The translations under genes and the position numbers were made by a program. A stretch of DNA of 63,681 nt, counting the filler, from Dimargaris cristalligena (lineage: Eukaryota), in assembly GCA_003614675.1 (NCBI GenBank). It is 3 parts of 3 records of this genome, joined end to end, with 100 filler letters (N's around TTAATTAATTAA, not from the genome) between each part and the next. Parts side by side here need not be neighbours in the genome. Positions count along the whole stretch, not along the records: positions 21,319 to 42,475 come from ML002669.1; 2 more parts are not named here. One strand, given 5' to 3'. Of this stretch, positions 24,301 to 37,301 are shown in pieces (the stretch's first letter is position 1; every line of letters begins with the position of its first letter). Under the pieces are notes generated by a model. That model was given only the letters and a program-made list of their open reading frames with translations. It was not told the origin of the DNA and searched no databases.

Positions 24301-25335
24301 AGGGGTTGACGCCGTGGACGCATCGTGGTTGTAGCGGTGTACCGATGCTGTGGGTGGATTGCCAAATATAACCCGACGGTGCGAAGCGGCGCGCGGAGGA
24401 GTTGGAACTGGCTGGGACCGGGGGAGAGTAGGTGAGCTATCGGGGCCGGCGTCTAGGCGGTCAATGAGGGCCATCAGTTTCTTCTCAGTAGAAGAATTAT
24501 AGTCAGACTGCAGCAATTGACGCATATTGAAAAAGGGTAGGCGGTCGCCCGGCGAGGCGTCCACGATGGATTCGATGATGGGCGGAGGGGGCAGGGCTTG
24601 ACCAGGACCAGTAAGGCCGTTGGGGATTGCTGGAGAACCGATGGTGCGAATGTCGGAGCCGATGGCACTGTCAGTGGGGCTGGACTGGGAGAATTGCAGC
24701 TCGGGTTCAATGGGGTGACGGTTGAGACCCGAATCCAGGGAACGCCGCTCGTCGGGGTTGGGGCGCCGCTCCGACAAGTGGTCACTGTGGCGCCGGATGG
24801 TGGTGGGGGCGGGCGAGTCGACTCGCGGCGTGGAATGGAGGGGTTCAGCGGGTGAGGATGTCGAGCCAAGGGCGGGGACGGAGGGCCTGGTTCGTGGGCG
24901 GGACCCACTCTTGACCGAGTCGGCCGGTGATAAGTCGGGGGTGGATGCGGGGATAGACAGTCCGTTACGGAGGCTGCTGGAAGTCCGCTTTTTGATGGAT
25001 AAGAGAGCGGAGGAACTGCCAGTCGGGTTGTTCGGGGCGGGGACGGACGGGCCGGACTGTGGGGCAAATAATTGCTCCAGCTTTAGCGGGCTAAACAAAT
25101 CGTTGTATGAACCGGTGGGCTGAGCCCAGCCCCCCGCCAGTGGCGACGTTGGCCTAGAGTGGAGGGCGACGGAGACGACACTATTATAAACGACGGACGG
25201 GGCAGTGGAGCTTGTTGAATCGCTGGCGGTGGTGGTGGTGGGAGTGGGGAGGGGGGAGTCGGGCAGACGGTGAAAGGGATTGGCCAGTTCGATGTTGGCG
25301 AAAAAGGCGTCGGTATCGAACGAGGCACTCTCCAT
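21319..25335 (-). CDS. Cdc11/Nud1/SepK-like leucine-rich-repeat SIN/MEN scaffold, 3' end truncated by linker
   Basis: Long S/P-rich N-terminus; LPDRVGEMQYDKALCRWI resembles the conserved pre-LRR motif of fungal Cdc11/SepK; C-terminal LRR array (LEVIDLSNNQLTSL, LRSLSASHNRITSL, LDLRDNQI). The ORF-track stop lies in the artificial linker. Confidence 0.7.
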
Positions 25336-26125
25336 GGGTTGAGTGTATGCGGGAGTGCTAGTCAGCCGACGAAACTAACTAACGAATGAACCAACGAGGA
25401 GGTACTAACTGAAACAAACGGCCGAAAGAGATGGGGTAACGGGGAAGAAACAACAATAACAACAATAAACGAGAACAAAAGAATAAACAAGTAGGGTGGC
25501 CAATAGTGAGAAGAGAGTTGTATTTGGCAGGGCCCGGAGTGTGGAGAGGGGGAAAAGGCGGGTGGAAAAGACGAGAGGCTGGGGGAGGGATTAAACAGGC
25601 AGTCAGGGGAAACGTAAACAACAGTAGGAGAGATGGTAGTGTGGGCAGCACGGCAGGCTGATAAGTGGGGCAAGGCAAGGGAAGGGAGAGTGGGGGCGCC
25701 AGGGCTATTTAAAGCAATTCGCCCAGGCTGTAAACAAACCCAGCACACACAGAGCTTGGCTAAATGCGGTTAATCGCACTCACTCTCTCTCATTTCCCAT
25801 ATGCTAAAACATGTTCCCGCCACTTTGAAGACTCTTGCTTGTATGCGCTCTCTGCCCTCTATATGCACCAGAGGGTTTCGGTTGGGTTTATTCTCGTTCT
25901 CTCGCTCCTTCTCTCTTACTTTTGGCTAACCCGGCTTTATCAAGTTTACCTTTTGCGCAAGCTCTATCCTTCGCTGCTGCCGGCTGTCCTCCTTCTCTCG
26001 GACCCTTCTCTTTTAATACATACGTCCGGATTCCGCCCGCTTCATCCGGTTCTTTCTTTAAGCCCTGTTGCCTCTGCTTTTTGACCACCACCATTCTGCC
26101 CCACCGCCTGCCTCCCACTAGTTCT

Positions 26126-29100
26126 ATGCGGGCCTTAGGGACCCCGTCCCCGGTCCCAAGCCTCGGCAGTGTCGTGCCCAAACCCCAGGATATTGTCCTG
26201 CCCCCGTTTCTCCATTGTTGGGTGGACATGGGTCACAGTCTCGTGTACACCGGCCGGGAGCTTAGCCGCATTGTTCACCAGACCTTCGCCCACGTCGGCC
26301 CGCCATTGACCAACAACAAGTTACCTGACAAATTCCTGACCACCCTCGAAGCGGCGTTGGGCCGCCTCGACCCCTTACTGGTCCATTTCAATAAGAAATG
26401 CCGCTTGGCATTAGTCTTCGATCCCCTTACACTGCACAGCGTGCGACAGTGGATCTTAATCCTGGCCCAAAAGGCCCGTGGGGATGGCCCCGGCTTATCC
26501 GTCGCTCCGTTTGCTCCCAGCAATGTTAGCCTCACTGCCGTGGCCTTCGCCAACTCCACCTCAGCCCTCTCTGGCCGAGCCCTTCCGCCACTCCTACGAC
26601 CATCCCATCGCCCCACTGTCTCGGCCACCTCCCGAATCACCGCCTCCCGGGATGAATCCGTCCGTACCGAACCTTCCCTAGCCCGCGCCCTGTCCGTTTC
26701 CTCAGCCTCGACTAGCGCTGCCATGGCCTCCGATAATACCGATTTACCCCTCCTCTTCGGCCAACTGGTCAAGGAGTGCCGAACTGTGCTGGGACTGGCC
26801 AAGAGTCTCATTAGTTTAATCTACTTGGAATACGATAACTTCTGGGTTCAATTAGAGCCCCGGATTCTCCGGTCGGTGTTGGCCGTGTTTCAGCTGGCCT
26901 CCGTTGAGCTGCGCTTCGTATGGGAGAAACTTTCCACTATGATCCGGGAGTTGGACCTCCCAGAAGATCTTCTGAATACCAATTTGCCTTCGCCCTTTAC
27001 CCGAGCCCTTAATTCGACCGAACCCCGCCCTGTACTAAATCATCGCCTTGAGAATACCAATAAGCCCACACATTACCCAGTTGGCCCCACCAACTCCTCT
27101 ACCACTACCTCGTCCTCGTCATCCTCTTCTTCCCCCTTTTCTTCCCCCACTATCCCCCAAGGCCCGAGCCACCCCTCCGACAAATACCAGGTTCACCAGC
27201 TTCCCCAATCGCTTCAGTATACCTTTGGGTCTTCCAAACCAACCTTTGACAGTCGGTACCAAATTACGCTTAAATCCAACTCCTCATTCACTGCTCCGCG
27301 GCGGCCTACCACCGAATTGGGCTCGAGGCCGAACTCCACCCCCCAACCAGCCGACGAAAGTTCTTCCGTGATTAATCGAGCCGCCAGTCCCTCTCTGTCC
27401 CCATCCACTACAGCGCAAGCCGCTGAACGCCGGCGTCTCCTCACTTATAATATTGCCTCTGAATTGCCCCCCGATCAATCTTCTACTGCGAATATCACCT
27501 CAACTTCGAACATTCATCCCCCACCCAACCCGACAAATCCTGCACCGGCCCCGGGCAGCGCTGTTTCGTCCACGGCCCGCCCCCCGGGGGCCCGCGCTAA
27601 TGCTTCTGGAGAGAGTTTATCGATTTACGAAAAGTTTACCCGCGGCTACAACGATTCAACCCCTGTTGTCACACACTCTACCCCGAAATTAGCCCCAGCC
27701 GCCTCCCCTACCGCTCGCGAGGGCTCCTCCCGGATATTTTGCCTGAAATGTGACTTTATGCACTCGACCTTTTCCTTCGATCAGAAGCAACTAATTACCC
27801 GGTGCGATGACCTGAGCCGGATAGCAAGCCGCACAATCACTGAACTACGCGATCGTATCCAATTCCTGCTTGCCCATGCCCCTAATCAATCATCAAGGGC
27901 AACATCACCCACCCCCGCTGGCTCTATTGGAAACAAGACGGTGATTGCGATTCCAAGTCCGACTCGATCTATTGCTGCTCCCCAGCCCAGCCCAGACATG
28001 ATATCGCATTTCCGGCGCTTCTCCCAGCAACATCCCTTGGGCTCACTAAGCGCCCACCCGGCGTCTAAAAGGATCTTCCACAGTAAGAATAACTCGGATG
28101 GCTCCTTCTACCACCCGGTGTCCCCCACCGCCGCCTCATCACCGCTCTCCATGACTCTATCGACCCCCTCCCCGGCAACCTCTAACCCAGGACCTCGGTA
28201 CCCGTCGGGAATGGGCCACGTACGCTCCCAGTCCCACTCCTCTCACCTACAACGCCCTAAGCCATTCCTCACGACCCCCATCCCATCCTCCTCCTTGAGC
28301 GGATCGACTTCACACCGCCGGCTCAGTCTAGGCGGGGGATCCTTCTCCAGTAACGAGCAGCCACTTCATTCCCCCACCACACCGCCGCCGTTGGCCTCGC
28401 CGACCTCTTCGTCTTCATCGCCGGCCCTGTCGCCTCCCCGGCTCACCCCTAGTCATCTTGGCGCTTCTAATTTCGACGGCCCACCGTCCTCTCCCGATTG
28501 GCACACCAATACCCTGGGAACTCCTTCTGGACGTACAATCTCCCTGCCCACTCAGCCCGAAGCGAACTCATATTCCCCGCCGTCTGGATCGACCCTAACC
28601 TCCACACCGGTTAATGGCCACTGTGCTCCTTCACCACCCACCACCTTAGGGGTCTGGGACGTAATGGCCCTTACGGAGATCCTTGCCCCTATTCGGCGAC
28701 GTCTCGACACCCTAGCCAATATCAGCGATCGGCTAAGTTGGGAAGTTGATGATGTGGTCCAATTGGGCTGTTTCTGCTCCTCAGCTCACCTTAAACCCAA
28801 ACCAATGACCCCCACTACATCAGCCACCACCGCCTCAACCCCGTCGGATTTACGAATGGACTGGGACCCTTCCTCACCAGCTCGAGTAGGGAAGGTGCAA
28901 GTGGGTGTTAAAGAATTACTCATCCAGTCCAGCCATTTCATCAAGGTAAAAATACACTTCCGTGTGATCTACACAATTCGGATAGTTACTTCTATTGTGG
29001 CCCTCATTGGCTCAGAGTATGCGACCCTTCTTCCGCTTTGCTGTGGAAATGTATGAAATTACCTATCTAGAATCCACTGCTCAGCTTGCTGATTATATTC

Positions 29101-29434
29101 ACAAATAACCCCCTTTTACCCACACCCGTACCAGTTCACCGATGATCACTAACACCTTCAATCTATTTGAACTATATATATGCGTGTGTGGAAAATTGAA
29201 CTACTAAACTCCTAGGCTGTGGCGGCGCTCGCTTTAGCTGTCAAGGCTCTGATCGTCCTCCAAAATCCCCAGCGGATCCGGCGAAATTCCACCGCTTCAG
29301 CAGGCCGGCCCTCTGAGGGATCCCCTAATTCTACCTCTGAACTTTGTATACTCGATTCGTCCTCTCGCCAGATGGTCCAGAAATTGGTGGCTGGAATCCG
29401 TGACCTCGCTAGTCTGGTCCGCCAAATGGCCTAA
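26126..29434 (+). CDS. SOG2-domain (RAM/MOR signalling) protein; exons 26126-28945 and 29216-29434
   Basis: EPRILRSVLAVFQLASVELRFVW and the C-terminal SHFIK|AVAALALAVK...RQMVQKLVAGIRDLASLV resemble SOG2-domain helices. Phase-0 GT-AG intron 28946-29215. First in-frame ATG is at 26126 (the ORF track starts at a TTG). Confidence 0.6.
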
Positions 29435-31761
29435 CCCGGTGTTCGTGTGTACAGTTCCGGGTTGAGGTTCGGACCCGACACCTTGAATACTCACTGGCGA
29501 TCCAAAGACCAGTTAACTGGAAACCTCGCAATCTACCCTTCGTTTTACACACTCCCTCGCTTCCCTTTCGCTCTTCCCGCCAGTGAACCAACAGTCCACG
29601 CCTTATTTTGAATGAGCCGAATGGCACAGCTCATGTATCTATTGTTTGCGTTTGCTTCTCTCTGTGGAATAATGAATGTACTTGTATTGTTTTGGAGGTT
29701 CTATTCAGTTGGTGGATGTGGCTATGTAGGATAATGAATATGAAGCGGTCCACAGTCCATATTATGATCAGCAATGCACCTTAGTGAACTGGATCTGGAG
29801 CGGAGTGAATACCCCTAAAAAGGCTTCCGTGTCAATGACGTTAATTAGGCTAGAAGTGCAGAGACACTGGCGACTTAATTCGACTGAGAAAGAGGAAATG
29901 GGAGCAATACTAAGGAAAGAGTGCTGCAATGTACATTGCTTGGGATCCTACGGGTTAGTGCTCTAGTGTGAATATGTATTACCAAGTGGAATATTGTCAA
30001 TGTATTTTTGTATAAAAATAGGGTAATCATTTATCAATATAATGCTTTCTATAAGCCCACTCTATTGGTGTGTGTAGTTGAACCGAACAAGATTGTATAG
30101 AGGTCTAGGCTGGACTCTCTATCAACTGGAATGAACTCGAAACTTCACCTTAATAAAGTGTGTTTACCTGTTTTCAACCCGTTAGCTATCGGAGAATACC
30201 CATCATTTACCTAAATGGGTATCCTCGGCTAGTCGCTGTAAGACACGGGATCAAGGCCAAGAGACAAGGGGTGAGCCGTTGTTGGGAATTAATGGTTGAC
30301 CACGACCCAATATGAATAGAGCCGATGTGTACACTACCGCGCTAACCAGTTGCCGGTAGCAACCATCCCTGCTATATGGGGATGTTAACGCGTCCAAAAC
30401 CCCAGTTATCATGGGGTGGTAGGACTAACCGACTGGATCTGGAGAAGGTGGTGGCGGTTAAACCTCTGGATTATAAAAAATACTCCGCGTTGAAGTAATT
30501 TTGGGGATATTGGTGGTGAATCATTGGTAAAGGTACTGGGAACCAACTCATCACTCCAAGGCGGTTGCCTTTCGCGAACGAACCCTGTGACATTAGGGTG
30601 TATAGTTGTTTAATACGGGATCCCTTATAGCCGTGGTTGCCAATTCAAAATCCAACTGGGTATAACCAGGTACTTAGCCTAACGGGTTATACAACCAGAC
30701 CAGCCGAGGTCACCATCGAAGGCAGGCACATCTGAAAACCCGGTCGAAATTTAATCAATATTTCCTAAATGGATGAGTGGATAACACTAGGGGTGGTGGT
30801 TTTATTTCATATAGTACATTACCTCTTTTACCACACTTCTTTTTAAAAGAATATATACTGAATTTATGTGGTCTAGAAATATCTTACAGCCGGGAGCGGT
30901 GGATAAGTACTATTATTTAAAAGGGAACATTCCTCTCAGACCACATATGATTCCAAAAAACCAAATTAGCCCAGGGTTCAGTTGCTATGACAAATGACTA
31001 TAACCTGTCATTTTGAACCATTTGTAGATCTGAGAGACCTAGTGGACCGGTAAAGTCCGGGAATACATCATTGCAGGGAAAACCCTGTATTCTTGACAGT
31101 AGATTCAGCTCCACCATCAGATCAATTCGAGTTTTAGGACATGGCACTATAATTATTCAACATTGTTTTTTTAAATAAATAAATATAATAAACTAGGCGC
31201 AAAAATCAATACAATAGATAAAACTCTATAAAAAAAAACATGATAAACGGTAATTTGACCTCAACGATAATGGTCGATGGAGTTGAAAGAAGTTGGGGTT
31301 ACTCAAGTTAAATTTCACCCTCGGTTGGAAACATGTGATGTTCCGAAGTTCGCCGGAACTGTGGGGATTATATATAGAAAAAAAGTGTTGAGGAACGGTA
31401 AACATTGAATACTCAGAAGTCGACACTTCTTGCTATACTCGTTTGGACTAAATTCTATGGAACTGTTCACCCAAATAACCCCGTTGACGTTGACAAATAT
31501 TGATGAAAAAAAAAACATATACAATACTGCAATGGATGGATAAGCAGGATATTGAACTATATGTGAATACCTAATATAGAAGTCGAATAACTGGCCTTGT
31601 CACCGTTTTTCTGATTGAAGGAGATAATATTGAATATAAGCGGATAAAATATTAACGAATATTTGATGAGTACGCGACTTTATGAGGTATGATTAAGGAA
31701 TAAGACTGTCGGAACCATGTTATCTGCTGATAATCGGGTCGCAGCTAGTAATGTAATCATA

Positions 31762-31897
31762 TAGGAAAGGTTCAGCTAGGCAGTATTTCAAAAAATCGGT
31801 TGGGAGAGGCCAATCCTACTTGTTGAAAACATATACCCTGCTTATTTTTCCATATACATCAGCTAAAACCTTGTACGGTAGGGCCAAAGCCCATCCA
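31762..31897 (+). mobile_element. MITE-like element, degenerate copy 2
   Basis: TAGGAAAGGTTCAGCTAGGCAGTAT...AAAACCTTGTACGG...CATCCA|TA. Collinear with the other copies. Confidence 0.6.
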
Positions 31898-32866
31898 TAT
31901 AATTAGTGAAATGGTTGCTCTTCTACACTTCGAGGCAATACACATCCAGTTCGCCCAGTTTTCCCAACAATAACGGAGGATATAATTGCATGAAGTCTGT
32001 AGGTGGAAAAATTCCTTGCGACCATAAATTACGGCTAGCCGCTTGTCTGTAATGCTAATCGTGATAGTATATTGTACAAATGAATCGGAAAAGCCTCGTG
32101 ATTACTAAGAGTTGGTTCAGTTTGGCCATCCTAGTGATCGTCGGTTCGTCGGAGTTCTCCGTTTAAAATTATGGCTCTCGTGTATCCCTCCCCCCTTTCC
32201 CTCTTCCCTCGTTTCGACATTGTCTCCGGTCCCTTGTCCTTGTTCTCTAACTATTACGGGCCCTTTATTCTATAGTTATGGATGGCCACCATCCGATTGG
32301 ACGACTCTGAATCCCCTCAGTTAGCCGATTGTAAGTGGAGTATACGGGGGGGGCATAGGATGGGATAGGCAGGGTAATACTGTCTCTCCTCGATGCGTTA
32401 ATTAATATGGGCCCAAGGCATGATATCGAAAAACTCTATCAGAATATCGTTAAATCCAACCCTGAAAAAATTCGGTAAATTATTTATCCGCTCTCAAAAG
32501 AGCACCGCGTAGCACTGGTCCCTCCCCGAGTCCATTATGCGAGATATTCGACGAGGGAAATGGACCAGGGCCCTGAACTGGTAGAGAGTATTGGGTATAT
32601 TTAAACGACACCTTCGCCCCTCCACTTTTAAATCATACAGCTTATTTCTACACCCTCTCCCCTCACCCACCCATCCACTCGCACCATTTCTCTAATTTAC
32701 CCAGTTGGCCTCTATTATTACTGTTTTCGACACTTGTGTTATCTATAGTCCCCCGCTTGAGATTTTCCTTGAAACGAGGAAGTAATCCTGTTCGATAATA
32801 GTTTATCCTAATTCCAAATCCCCGCCCCAACCCATTCCCTTAAACACTCGCATCTTCGCAGCAATC

Positions 32867-33040
32867 ATGAAGGCCGTCGTAATTCTGTTCGCCACTTTAC
32901 TCCACTGTTGTCTCGCTGGCCCTTTAGAACGTCGCCATGACCACACCAAAGGCCGGGCCGATGCACTCGCTGAAATTAATAAACAGCAGGCGCTGGCCGG
33001 AAGTTGGAACAAGAGCGCCGATGAGAATGGACGCCATTGA
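32867..33040 (+). CDS. Small secreted pre-pro-peptide (57 aa), absent from the ORF track
   Basis: MKAVVILFATLLHCCLA-GPLERR-HDHTKGRADALAEINKQQALAGSWNKSADENGRH*: signal peptide plus dibasic site. TATA-like TATATTTAAA at ~32597, candidate 5'-UTR intron 32782-32861 (GTAATC...CTAAT...CAG), AATAAA at ~33245. Confidence 0.7.
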   Translation: MKAVVILFATLLHCCLAGPLERRHDHTKGRADALAEINKQQALAGSWNKSADENGRH

Positions 33041-33346
33041 CGAAGAACAAAGAAAGGCGGGAATACAGTCTAAGTTCGACAACTAAAACCAGTATGACGG
33101 GGTACCTACTGAGACCCCTAGTATCTGATATGAATCCTCTCAGTTTGTAGTCTTTCCTTCTCCCAGCGATATTAGTGTATACGTTATTTTGGCGCAGTCT
33201 ATTTGTAACCCCCCCCCCTCATTTATTGTTATGTATTATGTATGAATAAATTCACGGGTACTTGCACGTAGAATGAGTTTAGCTAGATTATATAATGAGA
33301 AGAACATCAGCGGAGCCCCAATTTACAGGCTAGATATAATACCATA

Positions 33347-33484
33347 TGGGAGGAGTTCAACCAGGCTGGATACCGGAAAACTCGCTGGATGAGGCAAATA
33401 CTACTAGTTGAAAATAAACATACCGCCTATTCTCCCGTACACATATTATTTAAAACCTTATACGGCTGGACTAAATTTCACCCA
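33347..33484 (+). mobile_element. MITE-like element, copy 3 (138 bp, TA-flanked)
   Basis: TA|TGGGAGGAGTTCAACCAGGCTGGATA...TTATACGGCTGGACTAAATTTCACCCA|TA. Confidence 0.8.
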
Positions 33485-35066
33485 TACTAACTACCAACTA
33501 TTCCATTTCATTAAAACTTTGTATACATTCCGTAGGTTGAAATGAACTGAACGAATAGCTCATCCGGAAATTATTGAATGAATGTAGGCCAAATGGTACG
33601 AGAGATCGTCTGGATTTGATGTTATTTAACAGCGTGAGAGTTAATATATAACCCATCTCCGGTCATAGACAATAATGGTTTGGTACTTTAGTTTCGGAGA
33701 CCTATATTGCTAAATGTTTAGTCTGAGTTCTCGACACGACATGGTTGAGTAGTATAGTACTCTACTGGGCTAGTATTCACTGTAATAGAGGTCAACATTA
33801 GCATCGCACACTTGTATTGCTCTGTTTGGCCGTTCATCAACATAATATTAGTTCGTTACGAAATGCGTTATACGCATCATAATTGGACAGAATTTTCGGA
33901 GAACATGCCATTGTACACCGGCTCCATCTGTATTTACGATTGCAAAAACGATTGGCAAGTGTCGTATTTATTTTTTTACTTCCAGCAAATAAATTTAGCG
34001 AATTTATAAAGGGTTGTCCCTCAAATAGGGCTTCCGAGCTAACCTTCGGTCAATCGCCGTCTGTTTATACCCCCCCCCAAAAAAAATAAGAGATGTTGGT
34101 GTAATATTCGTTTAGCTACCCTGCTGAGCTGATATACACCGCCGGAGTCCTGCGGTTAACCAGGGCCTGCTATTGGGGAATCCGGTGAATGCTTCCCTGA
34201 CCGATCCAATGACCCCCATCAGGCCCCGATATACATTTCCGGTCGGCATCGGTGTTGCAGTTTGCTCTTGGTTTCTTACTGAACCACGCCGCCAACAGAC
34301 GCCCGCCCTAGCTTCCCCCTTTTTGTTTACCATTCAAACAGTCAAATTACTATTATTGAATTATTATTACTTTAATGTCTTAGAGGCCTCCTCCCTCTCC
34401 CCTCCAATGAAATTCACCATCCATCCTCCTGGGCCAGTCTGAACCAATGCCGCCCCCCCCTATAACACGCACCCCCTCCTTTTACCGGGCCTCCAGTCCA
34501 CGGTGGAAATTCCAATGATATCACCATTCTGGGTGCGTCGTTGCTGAATCCAATCAGTACCATCCAGCCCATCGCGCACATTATCGTGATCATTAAGGGG
34601 TTGTCGTGTTATCTCATTCGGGTGTATGGGGCAGACGAGTTATGAGGCGACACCCATTCACTAGAAGCAGCTCTAGCCCCTGAAGCACATTGACCCCCTC
34701 CCCCAACATGCAACCTTGGCGCCTGAGACTAAGCCCTCAATGGACAAGTTCCCACTGTTTGGGGTAATAGGGAGAAGCCAGAGCATGGTCCGGATTGCAG
34801 CTGGGTTTTGACGGTTTAGTTTATCTAACGACGCGGGCGTATAAAAGCAATGCTGACTGCCCAAGACTAAAAGCTGTAGTCCAACCAAATCCCATTAGTT
34901 CCTGCCTTTCGAGCCACTTTGTTTTATATTTTGAAAACCGTCACCTTTCGTCTATAATCGGACATCGCTCCGCTTTATTCCCCCTTACACCCAGATATTC
35001 CAAACCACTTGTTTGCCGTCCACCAATCCCCCCCCTTCCAATACCTACCCTAGCCAACCTTTCCAC

Positions 35067-36107
35067 ATGCTACTCCCTACTGGATCCCTGCTGCTTGTAT
35101 CGGCGGGAATGGTATACGCCCACATGGGTATGATCCGACCCTGCCCCCGCTTCTCCAGCCACCCAGACTGTCCCAAACCCCCGGCGGGCTACGGCGTTGA
35201 TTACAGTATTAAATCACCGATTGGGATTCCCGACCAAGTCCACCAGCCCCTGTGCAAATACTCGACCCCGTACGACAAGCCGGTGGCCTCCTACGCAGCC
35301 GGTTCCGCCATCCCTGTGGAATTCATGACCGGCGGGGCGGCCCACGGGGGCGGACACTGCCAATTTTCCGTCTCGTACGATGGTGGCTATACCTTCGCCG
35401 TCCTCCAATCGGTAATGCACCGGTGCTTTTTGAGTGGTCTCCAGTTTAGCGTCCCCATTCCCCCGGATGCCCCCCCGTCCGACCGGGTGATCTTGGCCTG
35501 GACCTGGGTGAACGCCATTGGGAACCGGGAGTTTTACATGAACTGCGCCGATATCGCCATCACGGGGGGCCAGCCCGGCGGTAAGATTACCGGTCGCCAG
35601 ATGGTGGTAGCCAATTACGGCCCCCAAACCCCCGTGGTCCCTGAATTTTTTTACACCGGGGAGGACAAGGTCGACCTCTATGAGAAGGCCCCTTTAGTGA
35701 CCGTGGGCCCTGCCGTCGGGGGGGCTGGACCTGGTCGTCGATCCGTTAGTTATCCGACGGACCTGGCGGCTCAGGCCCAAGTACAGGTCGACACTGTTCC
35801 CCTGCGGTCCACCAACACATCAATTACTTCGACAACAAAAGTCGCACTATCTATGAATAACACAGTACCTGCATCCTCACCCACAACAAGCCCCAAATCT
35901 CTTTCCCGCCCTCAACTAGTGAATAGCTCCAACCCTGAAAGTGAATGCGAAGTGGGACATAAGCAGTGTATGGGTTCCGACCGCTGGTCTCGTTGTGCCT
36001 ACGGCCACCGAGTGGTGTTCCAAGTGCCTACCCATACCGTCTGTATTCAAAGTGGGAACAGTATACGGTTTGCTTCTAAATATGACAGGCTCAACTTAAG
36101 CCCATAA
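35067..36107 (+). CDS. Secreted AA11-type lytic polysaccharide monooxygenase with S/T linker and C-terminal Cys-rich (CBM19-like) module
   Basis: Signal peptide MLLPTGSLLLVSAGMVYA followed by His1 (HMGMIRPCPR), AAHGGGHCQFSVSYDGG, WTWVNAIGNREFYMNCADI, and C-terminal CEVGHKQC...RWSRCAYG...C. ATG at 35067. Confidence 0.85.
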   Translation: MLLPTGSLLLVSAGMVYAHMGMIRPCPRFSSHPDCPKPPAGYGVDYSIKSPIGIPDQVHQPLCKYSTPYDKPVASYAAGSAIPVEFMTGGAAHGGGHCQFSVSYDGGYTFAVLQSVMHRCFLSGLQFSVPIPPDAPPSDRVILAWTWVNAIGNREFYMNCADIAITGGQPGGKITGRQMVVANYGPQTPVVPEFFYTGEDKVDLYEKAPLVTVGPAVGGAGPGRRSVSYPTDLAAQAQVQVDTVPLRSTNTSITSTTKVALSMNNTVPASSPTTSPKSLSRPQLVNSSNPESECEVGHKQCMGSDRWSRCAYGHRVVFQVPTHTVCIQSGNSIRFASKYDRLNLSP

Positions 36108-37301
36108 TCGGTCATTTTCATTAATGTATTTCCCGGGAAGTCGATATTGGTCTAAACCTACTACTGAAGAGACTTAACCCGTAAGACACCACTGTTGTAC
36201 TTATTTTAAAATTTTAATAGCCTACCCATTACAGCTTGTTAGTCTGCATCATTCATCCCTGTATTCTTAACATTTAAAATAAACATCCATATATGTACCA
36301 TACTCGCTAATCCAATTTAATCGGGCTGTGTTATAGAATCCTGATAATCTGGTGCGATTTTCAAGAACGGTGGGCAAATAGATGTTGCTCTGATTAACTG
36401 GAGGTAGGTGGCCTTTAACCCGGAACATTGGGGGGGGGGGTACTACCAGGTTGATGCTGACGCTGGTCATGGACTGCAGAGTGCTTAGAATAAGATTGTA
36501 TCGTTTACATGGACAGTGTCACAGACTAGAAATAACCATCGGGATATGGGTTGCTAGCAAGAAGCATGCACGTAATTACCCTGGCCTTGTACCTGCAGCA
36601 GATTGAGTGGTCCTAAATGATGTAACCTTAACCACCGTCTGGATAGGCGACCCGATTGTGTGATATGTGCATTGGGCTGGCACTACCAAACAGGTCTCAA
36701 CTATTTGGCTAACTAGCTAACTAAGTAATTAACTAGCCAATTGACGAAGAACCAAAAGGGGGGAAACACTTGACTAACTAGAACAGTTTTGCATATTTTG
36801 GTTTATTTTAGTGGTTGGAGGAGGTAGTGAGTGTAATGGGGAGGGTAATGCACCTCCTCCACAGCCATTTCGATAATAATAATATTGAGGAGCCGCAGAG
36901 GAGAAGAAGGGGGGGAAAGAGGAGGGAGGAGTGGTGTGGTTGGTAGTAGTCCTCCCTCCGGCTATTTGTTCCCCCCACCTTCCCCCAAGCGCTATTTTTC
37001 TTACTTACATATTCTCTAATCGACCAGTGTGTGGATTGGTCGTTTGTTATCCTTAACTCGCTACTTGTCTATTATTTTCCATCTGGCCATCTCTCCCGTA
37101 CTTCACCCTTTAAACGCGTCGATCCAACCAGCCCAGCGTACCCTCCCTTTTTCTCCCGTTCGCTCTTTCCCTCGAAAACTACGTGTGCTCCATTAGCCAT
37201 CCCAACCCCTCAAAAGCCCTCGATTCCGCTCGTTCCCATTCGGAGTTCCATCCCCGCCCCGATCTAACCGCCTCCACCATCCCCTACTTAACCAGCTCAC
37301 C

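Noticed and set aside
25835-26125. N-terminal extensions of the 1073-aa ORF (likewise 35013-35066 and 62303-62509)
   Set aside because: They start at TTG under prokaryotic rules. Downstream ATGs give sensible eukaryotic starts.
30865-30947. 10-bp inverted repeat TATGTGGTCT...AGACCACATA
   Set aside because: Single occurrence and short; there is no second copy to support a mobile element.
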